A stretch of 63,773 nt of DNA from Octopus bimaculoides (lineage: Eukaryota): contig NC_068991.1 in assembly GCF_001194135.2 (NCBI RefSeq), positions 25,549,695 to 25,613,467 on the forward strand. The letters are read 5' to 3'. Shown here piece after piece: positions 11,445-24,500 of this stretch; positions within the stretch are counted from its first letter, which is position 1; every line of letters begins with the position of its first letter. The translations under genes and the position numbers were made by a program. The notes below the pieces were generated by a model. It searched no databases. It worked only from the letters and a program-made list of their open reading frames with translations, and had not been told where the DNA came from.

Positions 11445-12080
11445 ATATATATATACATATATATATATGAAAGAATAGAAAGTGATTTCTAATTTCTTTC
11501 TCTATTCTCCAGAATTTTAATTTACTAACTTTATACAAAGGCTTATTTCTTCAATACATACACATAGTGCTATTGTACGAACAAGGACAGTAGTAAGATA
11601 GAGCTCAATTGTAAATCAGTTCGAGATGGAAGTTAGCTCTGGGTAAAGAATGCGGTATGACACTGAATGGTGTGCTCAAACGAACTACTGACCTTGGGGG
11701 AGACACTGAATATCAAGAGCTGGGAACTATTAAGAAAGACTATATATGTTTTATCCGTTTATTTATATATCTTGCTATTTCCCTGTTTATATTGTATTTT
11801 CTTTCCAAGCCCTTCTTGAAGGTTGAACTGAATTTGTGATTTATATATATAATTTTTTTTTCTATTAAGTGTGATATACTAATGAAAGGATTTAAATAAG
11901 ATCAACGTGAAAGATATATTCAACATGAAGAATATATTCTGCAGAATATGGCTTGATGTAGGAAACTCTCTGTGCTCATACCTGAAGAATTGACACTTAC
12001 CAGTAATATGATGTATTATTTCATACGTTGTATGATAATATTTCGGCAACGATCTGCTGGTAAAATGCAGTTGAAACGAA

Positions 12081-12134
12081 GGTAACATTATGCAATAATG
12101 TGTGTTGAAACACACATTATTGCATAATGTTACC
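12081..12134. repeat. Perfect 54-bp palindrome/hairpin
   Basis: GGTAACATTATGCAATAATGTGTGT-TGAA-ACACACATTATTGCATAATGTTACC; 25-bp arms with no mismatch. Confidence 0.95.
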
Positions 12135-13857
12135 AGNNNNNNNNNNNNNNNNNNNNNNNNNNNNNNNNNNNNNNNNNNNNNNNNNNNNNNNNNNNNNNNN
12201 NNNNNNNNNNNNNNNNNNNNNNNNNNNNNNNNNNNNNNNNNNNNNNNNNNNNNNNNNNNNNNNNNNNNNNNNNNNNNNNNNNNNNNNNNNNNNNNNNNNN
12301 NNNNNNNNNNNNNNNNNNNNNNNNNNNNNNNNNNNNNNNNNNNNNNNNNNNNNNNNNNNNNNNNNNNNNNNNNNNNNNNNNNNNNNNNNNNNNNNNNNNN
12401 NNNNNNNNNNNNNNNNNNNNNNNNNNNNNTATATATATATATCGCCTACGTACGTATGAAGTCTCCGATAACGAATTACTTTGCATTCTTGCCAACAGAG
12501 ATGTAGCGAACCAATAACTGGTTTACTGGAAATATATATATATATCTAACGACGCCGTTGTCCACAAAGTGAGGTATAAAATAAACAAATGTAGATAAAT
12601 AAGTGATATTTGCCTTTAGTTCAAAATTTTCAGCGTGATTATTATCGTCAAGAAAAATTTCCATTTTAGAAATATTTCCTCTATTGATTTTTACATAAAA
12701 ATAACATTTACGAAATTTTCTCTTTTACACATGTACTCTATATGTAAAAGTACTCTGTTCAGTATATGAAAATCGGACAATGGTCTATGAAAAATTGTGT
12801 TTTTCAGATAATGCTGTTAATAATTGTTTAGATTGTTACAAAGCAACCTCTTGATAATAAAACAAAATACCACTTAATATGCTTGTTTCCAGTGTGAATT
12901 TATTTACACGATACGTCAGACGGGAACACGCTTAACATACACTTCATTGTTTTCTCAAGGGACATTTACAGTTTATGATGAAAGATTTAGCACGAAACAA
13001 TTTCAGTGTTTATTCAAATGAATGGAAATTTACTTCATATTGCAGTACAATTCAAAATGTTTTCATTAGTTCTTATTAAATTATTTTTCATTCACTCAAA
13101 GATATCATTGCATTATCGCTACATACTTACTACATTATTGAGTAATTCAGTCTCAGCAGCAATAAACAACTGTATTTGAATATTAAATTTAACAGATAAT
13201 TAAATTCTGCTTTCCAATATGATCTCTCTTCCACACTGAACCCACCCATTTTCTTTCTTTCTTTCTTTCAATTGTATTTCCATATTATTCCTCTTAGAAA
13301 TTCTTTCAAATATCTATTTTTATTTTCTCCTTCTTTTTCTATTTCTTTTGCTCTCACTTTGATTTGCCATGCTCCCAAGTTTTCAAACGAATATTAATAT
13401 ATTTCACAAGACACAAGGCAGTAATCTGAGATAATTCATGTCTAAGCGAAGTGAATTGGATTTAATAACAACTTGAAATTCCTTCATATTTTTGTCGTTA
13501 TAAGTTATCAAATAAATGTTGGTAGGTCGTATGTAGAAAGATTTCAATTTTCAAGAAATCGAAGTCGTGTCCTGATTACGAGGCAAGTCCTTTCACTTAA
13601 ATCTATAAAGTTCTAAGAATAAGCCTGAGCGTTACAACAACACAGTTTCCATATATTGTGTTTATTCTTTAGATAACCTGAAACTGTTATTCAAAAATAG
13701 GCTTTCTGTAAAGTTGTCTTCAGGATTCTATCTTTAGGAATAACATATAGAAGAAACTAAAAATCAGGTGAATAACATCCAAGTGAATCACAGCATTAAG
13801 TTTAGCGAAAGTGCTTCCGCGTTCCAGCACACATTTGCAGGTAATGAAGCTCAGCTA

Positions 13858-14116
13858 TTGGGTTGGGGCATAATTATTGCGGCTTATTTTCAACAAATTT
13901 TATTCAACAAAAACAATAACATGTAACAAAATGATCTTTAAATGATTATTCTGGAGCATATTCACCATCTACCTCAATTACTGCGTCCCTTTTGCTTGAC
14001 GGTCAGACCGTCATTTCAAGATGTTTTTGTTAAATATTGTTATTGTTTTTGTTGAATAAAATTTGTTGAAAAAAAAAAAAAAAAGGAAAAGCCGCAATAA
14101 TTATGCACCAACCCAA
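13858..14116 (-). mobile_element. Mariner deletion derivative (MITE) with ~60-bp terminal inverted repeats and TA target duplication
   Basis: TA|TTGGGTTGGGGCATAATTATTGCGG...CCGCAATAATTATGCACCAACCCAA|TA. The TIR resembles the Hsmar1/MADE1 type (TTAGGTTGGTGCAAAAGTAATTGCGG). The minus-strand core retains a transposase-like C-terminus SK.DAVIEVDGEYAPE*. Confidence 0.85.
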
Positions 14117-14119
14117 TAA

Positions 14120-14290
14120 TATTGATCGCTCATTTCGTCCGTCTTTATGTTGTGAGTTCAAATTCTGCCGGGTTGACTTTTTATCCCTTCGAGATTGATA
14201 AAATAAGTATCAATTGATCACTGGGGTCAATGTAATCGACTTACGCCTCCTCCAAAATTGCTGACCTCTTACTAAAATTTGAAACCAATA
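14120..14290 (+). mobile_element. SINE family A, 5'-truncated
   Basis: 'gtgagttcaaattctgccgggttgacttt...gataaaataagtatcaattgatcactggggtcaatgtaatcgac...aaaatttgaaaccaatatt'. Confidence 0.85.
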
Positions 14291-14519
14291 TTATTCACCG
14301 AACAAGAGACGAATACAATCTATTTAGAAGAAGCAATAAATTGCATGGCATTCATTCATTTCTCAAGAAACTGAGAAAAAGGCTCAACGAAAGGAAATTA
14401 GCTTTAATAACAAATCGAAAATAAATCATTAAACTAATGCGCCATAGGCTTACCGACTGCACCGCATTTCTTGACACAACAGTTGACAGTTCATTGGTAA
14501 CCATTTATATCAGCTTCCT

Positions 14520-14835
14520 AGGTCGCAGTATTGTCGAATGGTTGAGACATTCACTTCGCAACCATGAGAATCTGGGTTCGATTCTACTGCAGGATACCTT
14601 GGTCTAACATAAGGTCAGATTCTACATTTTGAGTGGTATTGGGGAGACGAAAACTTTAGGAGTCCGTCGCTTGGATTTTGCATGTAAATCAGAACGTACG
14701 GCCTTGTAGCAGTGTGTCAGACACACTGATTCGTCCTCAGAATTACATTAAAATTACACTATCTGTTAATTCAGGAGTAAGCAATTCGGTTGACTGAACA
14801 ACCGAATCCTCATCGCCAAACGACAGAGATCCACC
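14520..14835 (+). mobile_element. Chimeric SINE: family B head joined to family C tail
   Basis: 14520-14690 matches the B heads at 50222 and 58759. 14697-14835 matches the reverse complement of 59700-59870. Confidence 0.6.
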
Positions 14836-16899
14836 ATGGCATCGTCATCATCTTCTTGAACTCCAATAAATTATACAATAAATACCATGCGAAGTTACAG
14901 TTACATCACTGTCATGCAGTCTTATTATTTAATTATTAACACTTTCAAACCGTAAATCAATGACCACTGCGCTAGAAAAAAGGAAATTTAATATCAACAC
15001 GTGTATGTTATTATACATGCTTTATTGCTTCAAAACGGAAACAGGAAAGGATTCAAATTTGATAAGATTTCCAGTCCGACGTCATTTCAATCATCAGTAA
15101 TTATTTATTCTTGACTAATTACTATACAGCAAAGAAGATGTTCATTTGCGATAGGGTAGCAGAGTTAGATCGAGACGGGACTGTGGACGTGCCTATTGGT
15201 AATATACAGGATCACAGTCATGTCATTTTGCTTTAAAGGGACTCCAGCTTGTAGTACCGAGTTTTGCGGAAGAGCCTCTCTGAGGAAAATTTTATTCATA
15301 GAAATCGCTGTGATATCTTCCTCAGACTACACTCTCCTTTAGTTGGTTTGTTTGTAGATGGTATGTCTTTGATAATAGCTCTGCAGGATCAGAGCTGATC
15401 AGGCACTTGTATTGCAGCTTTCGTAGAAACAACATGAAAGACATGACAACGGCGTTGACAACAACAATACAAGCAACTAAGTTTAAATGTATAGAAAAAT
15501 AGTTCTCGAAAAGGATAAATTACCATTGGCTGACTTCATCTAGATATCCTATATTCATAATTATTTAAGATGATCTCTGCAACCCAATACTTAATAAGAT
15601 TATATGAGCGAGACGTTTTCTTTCTGTCCGTCAACGATTATTAAAACAAATGAAACTAAATTGAAAAATCGTATTGTATTTCCGTAATTCGATCAGTCAT
15701 TTATCATTGCCGTGCTGTTGCAGAGCGACAGTCAAACATCAGATGAACTCGGACTGATAAGCAAACAAAGTGGCTTGTAAAATTTACACTGTTCTCGATG
15801 TAAATAACAATTAACTGTGTAAGCGTGGGCTCTTTATTTACAACCACATAGCATTTATTTCATTATAGTCCAACAAGATATTGAAGAGATTAAGTTGGCC
15901 TGTGTGTAGTGAGTTTAACATAAAATGTACTATTGTACAAGTACGAATCGTAGCCAACGACCAGTTCCAAAGACAATGCCGATTGACAAAAAATACTTTG
16001 CAGAGATGGAATACTAATGTTCTTTCCTGATGCATCTTCCTTCCTTTGGCAAAGACTCGGAATAATCATTGTAAGTTAGAAGAAATCTGGCAGCTAATAT
16101 ATATTTACTATGTTATTGAGTTAACAGTACTGCAAGTACTCACTATCTATTTCGCTTTTTAAGTACTGGTTGATCTGTGGCAATGTTGGAAGCCTTGCCA
16201 AAAGTGCCACACAAAGTAGTTAAACCCGAAATAGCATAGCTGTACAGCGAACAACTTGAAACATATCGTCACATATGGGTCGATGTAGGACATCCCTAAC
16301 CAAAGTTGTACTTGCATCTGTGCATATATATAGAGGCTTGGTAGAAATTTGAAGGAAAAGACCGCCGACTCACGCTGCTTAGTCCCAGTGCCACGGCAGG
16401 TATTGCTGTCAAAATGCAAAAACTCGGAACTTATACTGGAATCCATCCTGTCTGTTCCTCTAATATTATCGTCAATCGAAAATCTGGTATTTGTTTTAAT
16501 TGCCCTATCAAGCAAAATTAAACTGGACTGCATTTGAACACAGAGCACAGAAAATCGGAGTAATTACTGCAAGGTATTCTATTCAAAGCCATATTTATTC
16601 ATTGTAGAGGGTTGTTACTCTTCAGCGTGGTGTACCCTATCAAAACTTCAGCGCCGATTGAAGACAGCTACGTATCCAAAATAAGAACACCCCACTCAAA
16701 CCAGTGGTAAGTGATTCCTCGTTTAGTTTAGTTTCGTCCATTTCTCGTGCCGAATATAAAACAACGCATATGTCGAATATGAAAGTAATTGCGAGTCAAA
16801 AGTCTGAATTATAGTGGATGGGCAACCTATTTTAAATAAAGAATGGAATATACAGATCGTAATTGTGCCACGTTATATATATATATATATATATATATA

Positions 16900-17900
16900 C
16901 TATCATGTACCTTTAATTAAATAGAATCTGGTGGCTTAGATATATTCTCACAATTTTAATTGACTGTATCATTTCGCTTAATTCAATACCTTCTGTGTGT
17001 TAAGCGAATGTAGTTTTCGGTTAATTGCATACATCCCGTAGGTTAATTTACTATATTCTGATATTTACTTATATACCTCTTGGCTCTTTAATTAAATATA
17101 CTCTGGCGGTATAAATAAATATATTCAGCTTTTCTAATTGCTGTATGATGATCTACTGAGATATATTCTGGTTATTTGTGGTGATGTAGTCGGATTGTTT
17201 AATTAAATAAATTCATGCGTATTAATTATATATAGTCACACGTTTTAATTATATACTGTCTGATGGTTTAATTAAACATATTCAAACGTTCCATTTGAAT
17301 ATTCTGACGGATAGGTAGTTGTAATTAAATATCGACTGAAGATTTTATTACACATATTCCGATGGTTTAATTAAATAGTCTAAAGATTTGTTAAATATAG
17401 CCTTAACTGGTTATATTCAGAGAATTCAATTAAGTAGTCTAACTCTCTAATTAAACCATTGACTGTCGGTTTAATCAAATTGCAGTCTGGCGGTTTAATT
17501 AAATTATAGATTGGCGATCTAATTAAATTATAGGCTGTCGGTCTAATTAAATTGTATTCTGGCGCTTTAATTAAATATACTCTAACGGTTTAAATAAATT
17601 CTAATGTTTAGCTAAACATTTTAACGGATGAATTATATCGTGACGGTTAAATGAAATTATAGGCTAGCCATTTAATTAACCTGTATGAAGATGGTCTAAT
17701 TAAATAGACACTGACAGTTTAATTATACATTTAAGTCTAACTCTTTAATTAACATAATCTGACAGTTTATTTAATATAGTCTAACAGCTTAATTAAATGA
17801 CTGTTGACGGCTTTCATTAAATACAACCAAACAGTTGATGTTAGATGTAAATAATTACAGCCTAAACAGTTGGTTTAAATATAGACAGAGGGTAAAATTG
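16900..17900. repeat. Degenerate ~24-bp minisatellite with a TAATTA core (approximate consensus TTTAATTAAATATAGTCTGACGGT)
   Basis: About 18 exact TAATTA plus variants; exact 24-bp spacing at ~17496/17520/17544/17568. Confidence 0.8.
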
Positions 17901-19019
17901 AATATATCAATAGAAAGACTCAAAGAACTATCTATATTCTTGACGATGTGTATCTGTGAGTCGAATTTAACAGTGCCTAGCGGACATTCTATCCGTTGCT
18001 ATTTATTAGTGACATGTACTTACTGTGTGTCGAACTTACATTGCCTGATCGGCGTGATACTCGTGGCTACACTGTCTTATAATGGGCTTCTTTGTGTTTA
18101 ACTTGTACCATCCAGCTGTCATTCAATCTGTGATCTCATGTTTTGGTTTCTTTTGTCCTTTTGGTTTATTATATCCGGGACTAGTAGAGTGAAATCTGAA
18201 AGAGATATATCCCTTTATATGGTGGGTAGAATACAACTAGTCTAGGTATTCCTACTTAAACATGGATGTTCTGCTGGAAGAAATTTTACTGTAGTAGATA
18301 CCATGGGTAAAACTCTCGTATTGGCTTTTGGTGCAAAATGCACTCTTGTTTATATGCTAGCGGGGAAATAAATCCCCGTTATCTTCGGCGCCGAGACCAC
18401 CACTTCACGTGATTTCGACCGTCCTTCGTATTGTCAATGATGGATGCTCGACCGCTAGAGATAGTAGCAACTCATCTCCCCATCATCGATATATAGGAGT
18501 ACAGTGCCAGAACAAGCGTTGGTGTCGCAATTAGTCAGTGAGTTTCTTAATAAATATATATTTTGACATGCGACAATATTTTATAAACAAACCTTGGAAG
18601 CGTCGAATGTGTTTGATATTTTACAGACAAATAAGATTTGCCAGAGCAGACGCCTAAGTAGTCGCCTGGTGGCAACATTTTTTCCGTTTTATAAGGGGAA
18701 AATACCCAATCTTTCTGCTGTATTCACAGCTTTACTGCATTCGAAATTTACTTTTTGTTAGCATGTATAAACTATTACACTGTATGCCTGCATCCTGGAC
18801 TGTACAGCAAATAGCCACGCTACACTTTGGAGTGTGAAGTGCATTTCTCAGCTAATAGAAGATATGACATATCTAGAACCAGATATTTAGATCGTTCTGG
18901 ATACTGCGTGCGAGCCATAAATTTGTTCGATCAGAGGTGACTGGGGATTATACAACATAAAAAGCAGCATTAAGAATATTTGTAAATTCTATTACTATCG
19001 TCAGTTATGCATTAAATAT

Positions 19020-19385
19020 TTCAGTCTTTGGACTGTGATCACGCAGGCGCACCGCTGTGAAGGGTTTTAGCCGAGAAAAACTCGACTCTAGTACTTATTC
19101 TAAAACCTGGTACTTATTCTATCGGGCTCTTTTTGAAGATCCACTAAATTATGGTGACGTAAACAAACTAACAACAGTTGCTAAACGGTGGTGGTGACAA
19201 CTACACACACGCACACGCACACACATGTGACAAACTTCTTTCAGTTTCCGTCTACCAAATCCACGTACAAGGCCTTGTTAAGACCCGTGGCTATCATGGA
19301 AAACATTAGGTCAAGGTGCAACGCAGTCTGTCTGAACCCAAAGCCACATGGTTGGGAAGCAAACTGCTTATCACAAAGTCACACT
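19020..19385 (-). mobile_element. SINE family B, near complete, with short internal (TG)n tract
   Basis: Reverse complement reads 'gcagtttgcttcccaaccatgtgg...ggatttggtagacggaaactgaaagaag...(tg)n...gtttacgtcacc...cgatagaataagtacc', as in the copies at 50.2 and 51.7 kb. Confidence 0.85.
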
Positions 19386-21339
19386 TATGCAACCTTAGCA
19401 GGATTGTTTGATTTCGGTAAAGAGAGTTAGGTAAGTTCTTGATATTTGACACGTTTCTACTTAGCAGTCTTTTTTTCTAGTCTTATTTCAGCTGATCATC
19501 GTGAAACCTATAGCTATAGAACAAACATTCTCATTGCTTTTTAGTGAATTAAAAACTACCAATATCTATTCAGCTATTTTAACGATCTTTTTAGACAATT
19601 TCGATTGTTAAGTAATATATCAGTAAAATACTTCTGACAATTTCCTTTAGATATTTGCTGCCTTGAAATATATATAACACAAGAGATTTCCGAAGAGTTT
19701 TGCAACTGTAAAAGAATTAATTCGGTTCACAAAAATAGCCTGTATAACGAATAGAATACACGGCTCGCTTTGAAACATTCTGTTTCAATTATACTAAATA
19801 CTTGACAAAGTTCAACAACATATCATATGCGCTGTCAAAAGTTTCGACCTTAAATTTACATTGGGGAATTAAGAACAATAAAATATTTCATTCAATGACG
19901 AAGGTCGTCAGAGTTACTCTTCCACAAACTTGAGTAAATGCTTTTCATGCAGTAGTCAGGTGGCGTATAATGTATGTAAATTAATACTTATGGAAGGGAG
20001 ATTTCAAGACATGATAGCTGCGAGCAGAAATTTGGTCCATTTTGCAAATTTATTTTGATATAAGTTTAGCATATATTTATGGCAATCTCTGAAAGTGACA
20101 AAATTGCATCAACGGTAACAACGATTCGCTGTATCTGTTGGTTATTTTGGAGGTTAAAACAGAAAATAATGCAATGCATAATGGTGAAAAAGACGTTAAT
20201 GAGTGAAGATATATATATATATATATATATATACCTACGGAAAGAGAGAGAGATAGGGGGTAAAAGAGAGTGCGTCTGTCTGCATTTGATGGTGCATGCG
20301 TTGTACGACATGATTCAGAAATAATGATGACAGAATATGATTAACAGTGTAATCAATTAATGAAATAAGCGTTAAGTATTCACCAAGGTGGAATGGAATA
20401 TATGGCTGGAGAAGATGAATGGCAGACGGAATGAGATAGGAAAAAATGCCTAAAACGTTGACGGTTACTTCCAAGTACATTAAATACAAACCTGAAGAGT
20501 GGGTCTCAATGGAATAATTATAATATTGGTAACAATACGGGGTAGTGAATTTATTGAATGCTGCATTAATATCAATGAAGTCAGTCTCTACAGAGATTAA
20601 TCAAAATTCTGTGTATTCAATTAATAATTTTCTTACTGCTTTTCAATGCAGTAAAATATTATTAACTGCTTTGTAGATGCCCTCACATCTCTACAGCTGA
20701 AATAACTGATACAAAGACCGGAATTATCTGTCAGACATTGCAAACAATAACAAAAAGAGCATTATTATATGTAAGTTAATGAAATTGTCAAGCTGTGTTT
20801 ATTAAACGTGGGCGATATAATGTAATTTCACTTATGTCAGTATTACAGTTGATTGTGTATGAAGCCCTTTTCGTTTCGTCTAAGCTTCATATTCACGACC
20901 AGAGATATGAATAAATGTTTAATTAAATCGGTGACCATTATTATTGGTAAATTAGTTCTGGAAGCTATTTAGAAGCCTTCAAATTCCCTAACGTATCTTG
21001 AAATAAAATTATATGGAGAAACTTTTCTAACGTTGTTCTCTTGAACATCTCTAAGTATTTTTACAGAGCCCATTATAATATTTACATGTAATTTTGTACA
21101 GGATGATGGATGAATGAACTTAAGGTTTTCCTAAATTAGTGTAAAGATAATGACGGTGGTCTGTCAGAAAGGTCAGAGTATAATGTTAATGAGTTAAGAA
21201 AGCATATGGAAATGAAGGATCAATAATATATATTACTGTGTTAAAAATATAAAGAAGCAAACGGAAACGATTTCGGAGACCATAGTTTAATGATACATTC
21301 CACTAAATTCATATGAATGAAATATTTTAAAGTATCATT

Positions 21340-21340
21340 T

Positions 21341-21371
<31 letters not shown>

Positions 21372-21438
21372 CGATGAAGATGATAATGATGATGTTGATG
21401 AAAATAATAATAATAATTATATTAATAATAATAATAAT
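21340..21438. repeat. (GAT)n to (AAT)n compound microsatellite
   Basis: Directly visible. Confidence 0.95.
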
Positions 21439-21537
21439 CCTTTCTAATATAGGCGCAAGGCCTGGATTTTGTGAGGATGGGGGACAGTCGATCACATCGA
21501 CCCCAGGATTCAACTAGTACTTAATTTATCACAAAAG
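21439..21537 (-). mobile_element. SINE family A 3' fragment, cut off at the LINE boundary
   Basis: 'ggcgcaaggcctggattttg...gtcgatcacatcgaccccagg...agtacttaatttatc' is the reverse complement of the A tail. Confidence 0.7.
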
Positions 21538-24500
21538 AAACTATGCCCGGAGATAAATCCATCAACAAAAAAAATACAGACCAATACAGATCTGTTAGTC
21601 TTAAGAAGCTACGTTACGGGCAATGTTTACATGCAGAGAACTCGGAGACGCTGTTGTCTCAAAAAATTAGCCCTAAACAGATAGATCTGTCCCCTAGTGT
21701 CAACGTCCAAGCTCGTCATGCCTCTATGATAACAAATCAAAATAAAAACCGGTTTGGTCGTCAACCGGAACACCAAGATCCACGTACTCGAATGATGAAC
21801 CAGATTCAATAGGAAAAATCAGCTATTCCGAAACACAGAAACTGGAAGTACCCCACAACCGGAACATTCCAACAGATGGCCATCTATGGTCGTCAAGAAA
21901 CAACCAAAAGAAAATGAATGAAAAATGGTCTAGGGGAGATAATAAGGAAGTTCTTACGGCCTTCTACCATGCCATATATTTCCCCACAAATAAATCTAAT
22001 ACTGCACAAACCTACTTAAAGTGGAGACAAAAATGGCTTGAAGTAAGGCCGTACATAGACAGTAACAAACTTGCCAACGTTAGAAGAAACATTATGAAAA
22101 AGAAATTACTAACTGAATTAGAGATTGACCGAATTAAACAATCAGTAAAGGATAAAAGAAACGAAGCTGCAGCTAAGGAAGATACTACAGAAGAAATAAT
22201 TATAAACCAGCTCAGGCTAATGAAAATCCAATAATGTTTGAAAGAGTTAATGTAACTGATAAGCAAAATAAAATACTCTCCAATCCAACCATAAACACTG
22301 AAGCAGATGAAGATCAAATACACGAAGAAAGTCACACAGAAATTGACCCAACAGAACTACATGTTCCAAAAAATCAAATCAGAATTGTATGGCTGAAAAC
22401 TAAAGAAACCAATATGAATGAACACGACACACTCCCAAAACTTCGCAATTCTAACCAAAACCTGAAAATAATTGGTAAAATCGACTTTGCACTTAAGGAT
22501 ATAATTTCAGGTAATGATGTTAGTATTACAGATTTCATCCTCCTGTATATGCATCCGCGAAAATCTCAACGATTCTACTTGGTGAAAAGATTGGAAAACA
22601 ACAACATTCTCACAAAAAGCCTTCTTGGCAAGAGCGTATTCAACACCAAATTCAGCTACTTAGGTCTGACGTAGAATGTTTAAAAGACCTTAAGTTTGAC
22701 AAGACTATCAAACCGACAAAAATCCGAATATTTAACAAAATATATAATATGAAAACCATATTTGACATCGATACCACGATAGAAACCATGAAGCAACAAG
22801 CATGCGCTAAAGCTGCCCGCATAGCAAGGTATGAAGTGCGCATTAGATCTTCAAAGACAACAACACGTTCAAACATAACCCAAAAAACTTTTACAGGAAG
22901 ATAGGGAAAATACCAGCTACAGTCTGTCCCATCAAAAGAAGTACAAGAATTTTGGAATAAAATTTGGGCAGAAGAAAAAACACACAATGAAAAGGTCCTT
23001 TGGATTGATAGAATATCTTTAGACTTAGAATGCTTAGAAGAGCAAAAGCGGGAGGGTATCAATGCAGAAGATGTAAGATCTGCTCTCAGGAATTGAAGCA
23101 AATGGAAGTCTCCAGGAAAGGATAAATTCCTAACTTCTGGTTGAATGCCATCCCAGAGAGCCATGAACTGCTTTACAAAATTTTACAACAATGTTTTGCA
23201 GCAACGTAGTCTGATTTCCTCTTGGCTAGTTAATGATGTAACATTCCTACTTCCAGAAAATGAAGAAACAAATGAACCTAAAAATTATGGACCCATAATC
23301 TGAGTAAAACAATGTATGAAGTGCTAACATTTCTCTTGACTGAATATATGTATAGTTTTTAGAATAAAAAGTGGCATATTCTTTAATGAGCAAAACGATG
23401 TAGACGTGGGTCCTATGGTTGTAAAGATCAGCTACTCATCAATAAGATGATCCTGGAAGATTATCACAAATGACACAAAAACTTTTCGATAACCTGGATA
23501 GACAACTAAAAAAAAAAAGCTTTGATAGACTACCACATAGTTGGATAAAGAAATATCTGGAAATGTATAAAATAGCACCTACTCTGCGAAACTTCTTGTC
23601 TGTCAGTATAAGATCAAGGAGAACCATACTGACTTTGAACAGTGACAATGAATCTCTAAGTGCTGGAGATGTAAGAATTTCATGTGACATTTTCCAGGGT
23701 GACTCTCTATCAACACTCCTCTTTTGTCTAGTCTTAATACCTGTCTCGAAATTGCTCAATGATGTACAATACGGTTATAAAATGTTTGATAAAAATATAA
23801 ATCATCTCACATGGATGATTTAAAGCTCTTTGCAAAAAATGACCAACAACTACAGGGCTTATTAGCGATTGTTAAACAGAATGCAATTTGGCCTCGATAA
23901 GTGTGCAAAAGCTACCTGTATCAAACTGAAAATTACTGAAACATCCAATGTTAATCTTGACCAGCAGAATGTCATGAAAGAATTAGAACAAACGGAGACT
24001 ACAAATACTTAGGGGTATTTGAAGGGGACGGAATTATACAGTCAGTGATGAGGGAATGATCAGAATAGAATGTTATCGCAGGGTGAGAGCAATACTCAAG
24101 ACAGAGCTGAATGCTAGAAACTGGATCGAAGCGATCAATACTTTAGCCAAACTAGACTACGTGACTTATAGTTTCAATATCATTAACTGGTCAATTACTG
24201 AAATATGTAACCTTGATAGAAAATCTTGATAGAAAAATACAAAACTGTTTGGCAATGTATAGAATGCACCAGCCTAAGGCAGATATAGAACGAATTTATC
24301 TGCCAAGAAAAGAGAGAGTCCGTGGACTTTTACAGCTGGAATTAACGATGAAGATTGTCACAATTGGCCTAGAGACCCACCTGAAAAACTCTGACGACTG
24401 GATGTTAAAACGACTGGATGTCTCAAAGCATGAAAACAAGAAAGCATCATACTCAGTAACAAAACAGACAAAGGAATATATAAGTGAATTCCGAATACAA

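Noticed and set aside
16900-17900. Possible CRISPR array
   Set aside because: Units are degenerate tandem copies with no unique spacers, there are no cas genes, and the context is eukaryotic.
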